From Parcubacteria group bacterium 21-54-25 (GTDB taxonomy: Bacteria > Patescibacteriota > Minisyncoccia > Phycocordibacterales > Phycocordibacteraceae): DNA of 49,897 bases. Within the stretch, counting starts at the first letter, position 1. Each line of letters starts with the position of its first letter. Positions 49,799 to 49,897 of this stretch are shown in pieces. The notes under the pieces are model-generated. The model was not told the origin of the DNA. It ran no database searches and was given only the letters and a program-made list of their open reading frames with translations. The position numbers and the translations under genes are program-made. The DNA is taken from contig NCBJ01000007.1 of assembly GCA_002255585.1 (NCBI GenBank), positions 1-49,897 of the forward strand, in the 5' to 3' direction.

Positions 49799-49897
49799 AT
49801 TGGCTACGTCACGCCCGCTCAGCGCCACGCGGGAGAAGACCACGCTATTCTCCAGGCCCGTCATGCGCTCTACCGCCAGGCACGGGAGTGCAATCCG
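49799..49897 (+). pseudogene. C-terminal fragment of an rve-type transposase, right flank of the IS3-like copy 2; it runs off the window
   Basis: 'IGYVTPAQRHAGEDHAILQARHALYRQARECNP' fits the '..VTP.QRH.G....IL..R...Y..A....P' tail seen in one IS3 subgroup. Confidence 0.5.

Noticed and set aside
1-49897. Alternative genetic code (UGA recoded, as in some CPR lineages)
   Set aside because: Many well-supported genes here end in TGA at the expected length (for example rbfA, the IS3 orfA and the dehydrogenase), and conserved proteins contain no in-frame TGA. The standard code 11 fits.

Overview
This 49.9-kb window has moderately high GC and uses the standard genetic code. I read it as a bacterial chromosome segment. 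The gene content suggests a Patescibacteria/CPR (Parcubacteria-like) organism, which is inference only: a short IF-2, a T4SS-type pilin-like domain, an ECF sigma factor paired with DUF5667, a DKNYY protein, short dnaX and rel genes, and many small secreted proteins.

The housekeeping core (about 10.4-44 kb) carries infB-rbfA, a nifS-like gene, clpB, rpmG, miaA, a peroxiredoxin, parB, rel/spoT, topA, dprA, serS, an ftsQ-like gene, dus, an ECF sigma factor, dnaX and 10 tRNA genes.

Both ends of the window are rich in insertion sequences:
- two diverged IS3-like elements
- one intact IS30-like element, plus a 95-nt IS30 fragment and a 23-nt IS30 terminal tip elsewhere in the window
- fragments of further transposase genes

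The most interesting signals are:
1. A tightly coupled operon of an E1/ThiF-like enzyme, an amino-acid dehydrogenase and a PaaK-type adenylating enzyme, followed by an Acg-type nitroreductase (5.4-10.4 kb). It matches no pathway I know.
2. Two related miniature insertions (145 and 174 nt) at tRNA-Cys and tRNA-Leu(UAG). Each is bracketed by a 20-21-nt duplication of the tRNA 3' end.
3. A triplicated rpmG promoter and 5' end bracketing a P-type ATPase fragment and about 2.4 kb of odd DNA, including about 650 nt with no ORF.
4. An IS-bounded accessory island directly downstream of tRNA-Gln.
5. A fusion of a pilin-like domain to a lytic transglycosylase.
6. -10-like hexamers recurring 6-8 nt upstream of start codons, which suggests leaderless transcripts.

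All calls come from reading the sequence and the ORF track by eye. No searches, folds or statistics were run, and the coordinates of hairpins and promoters were counted by hand.
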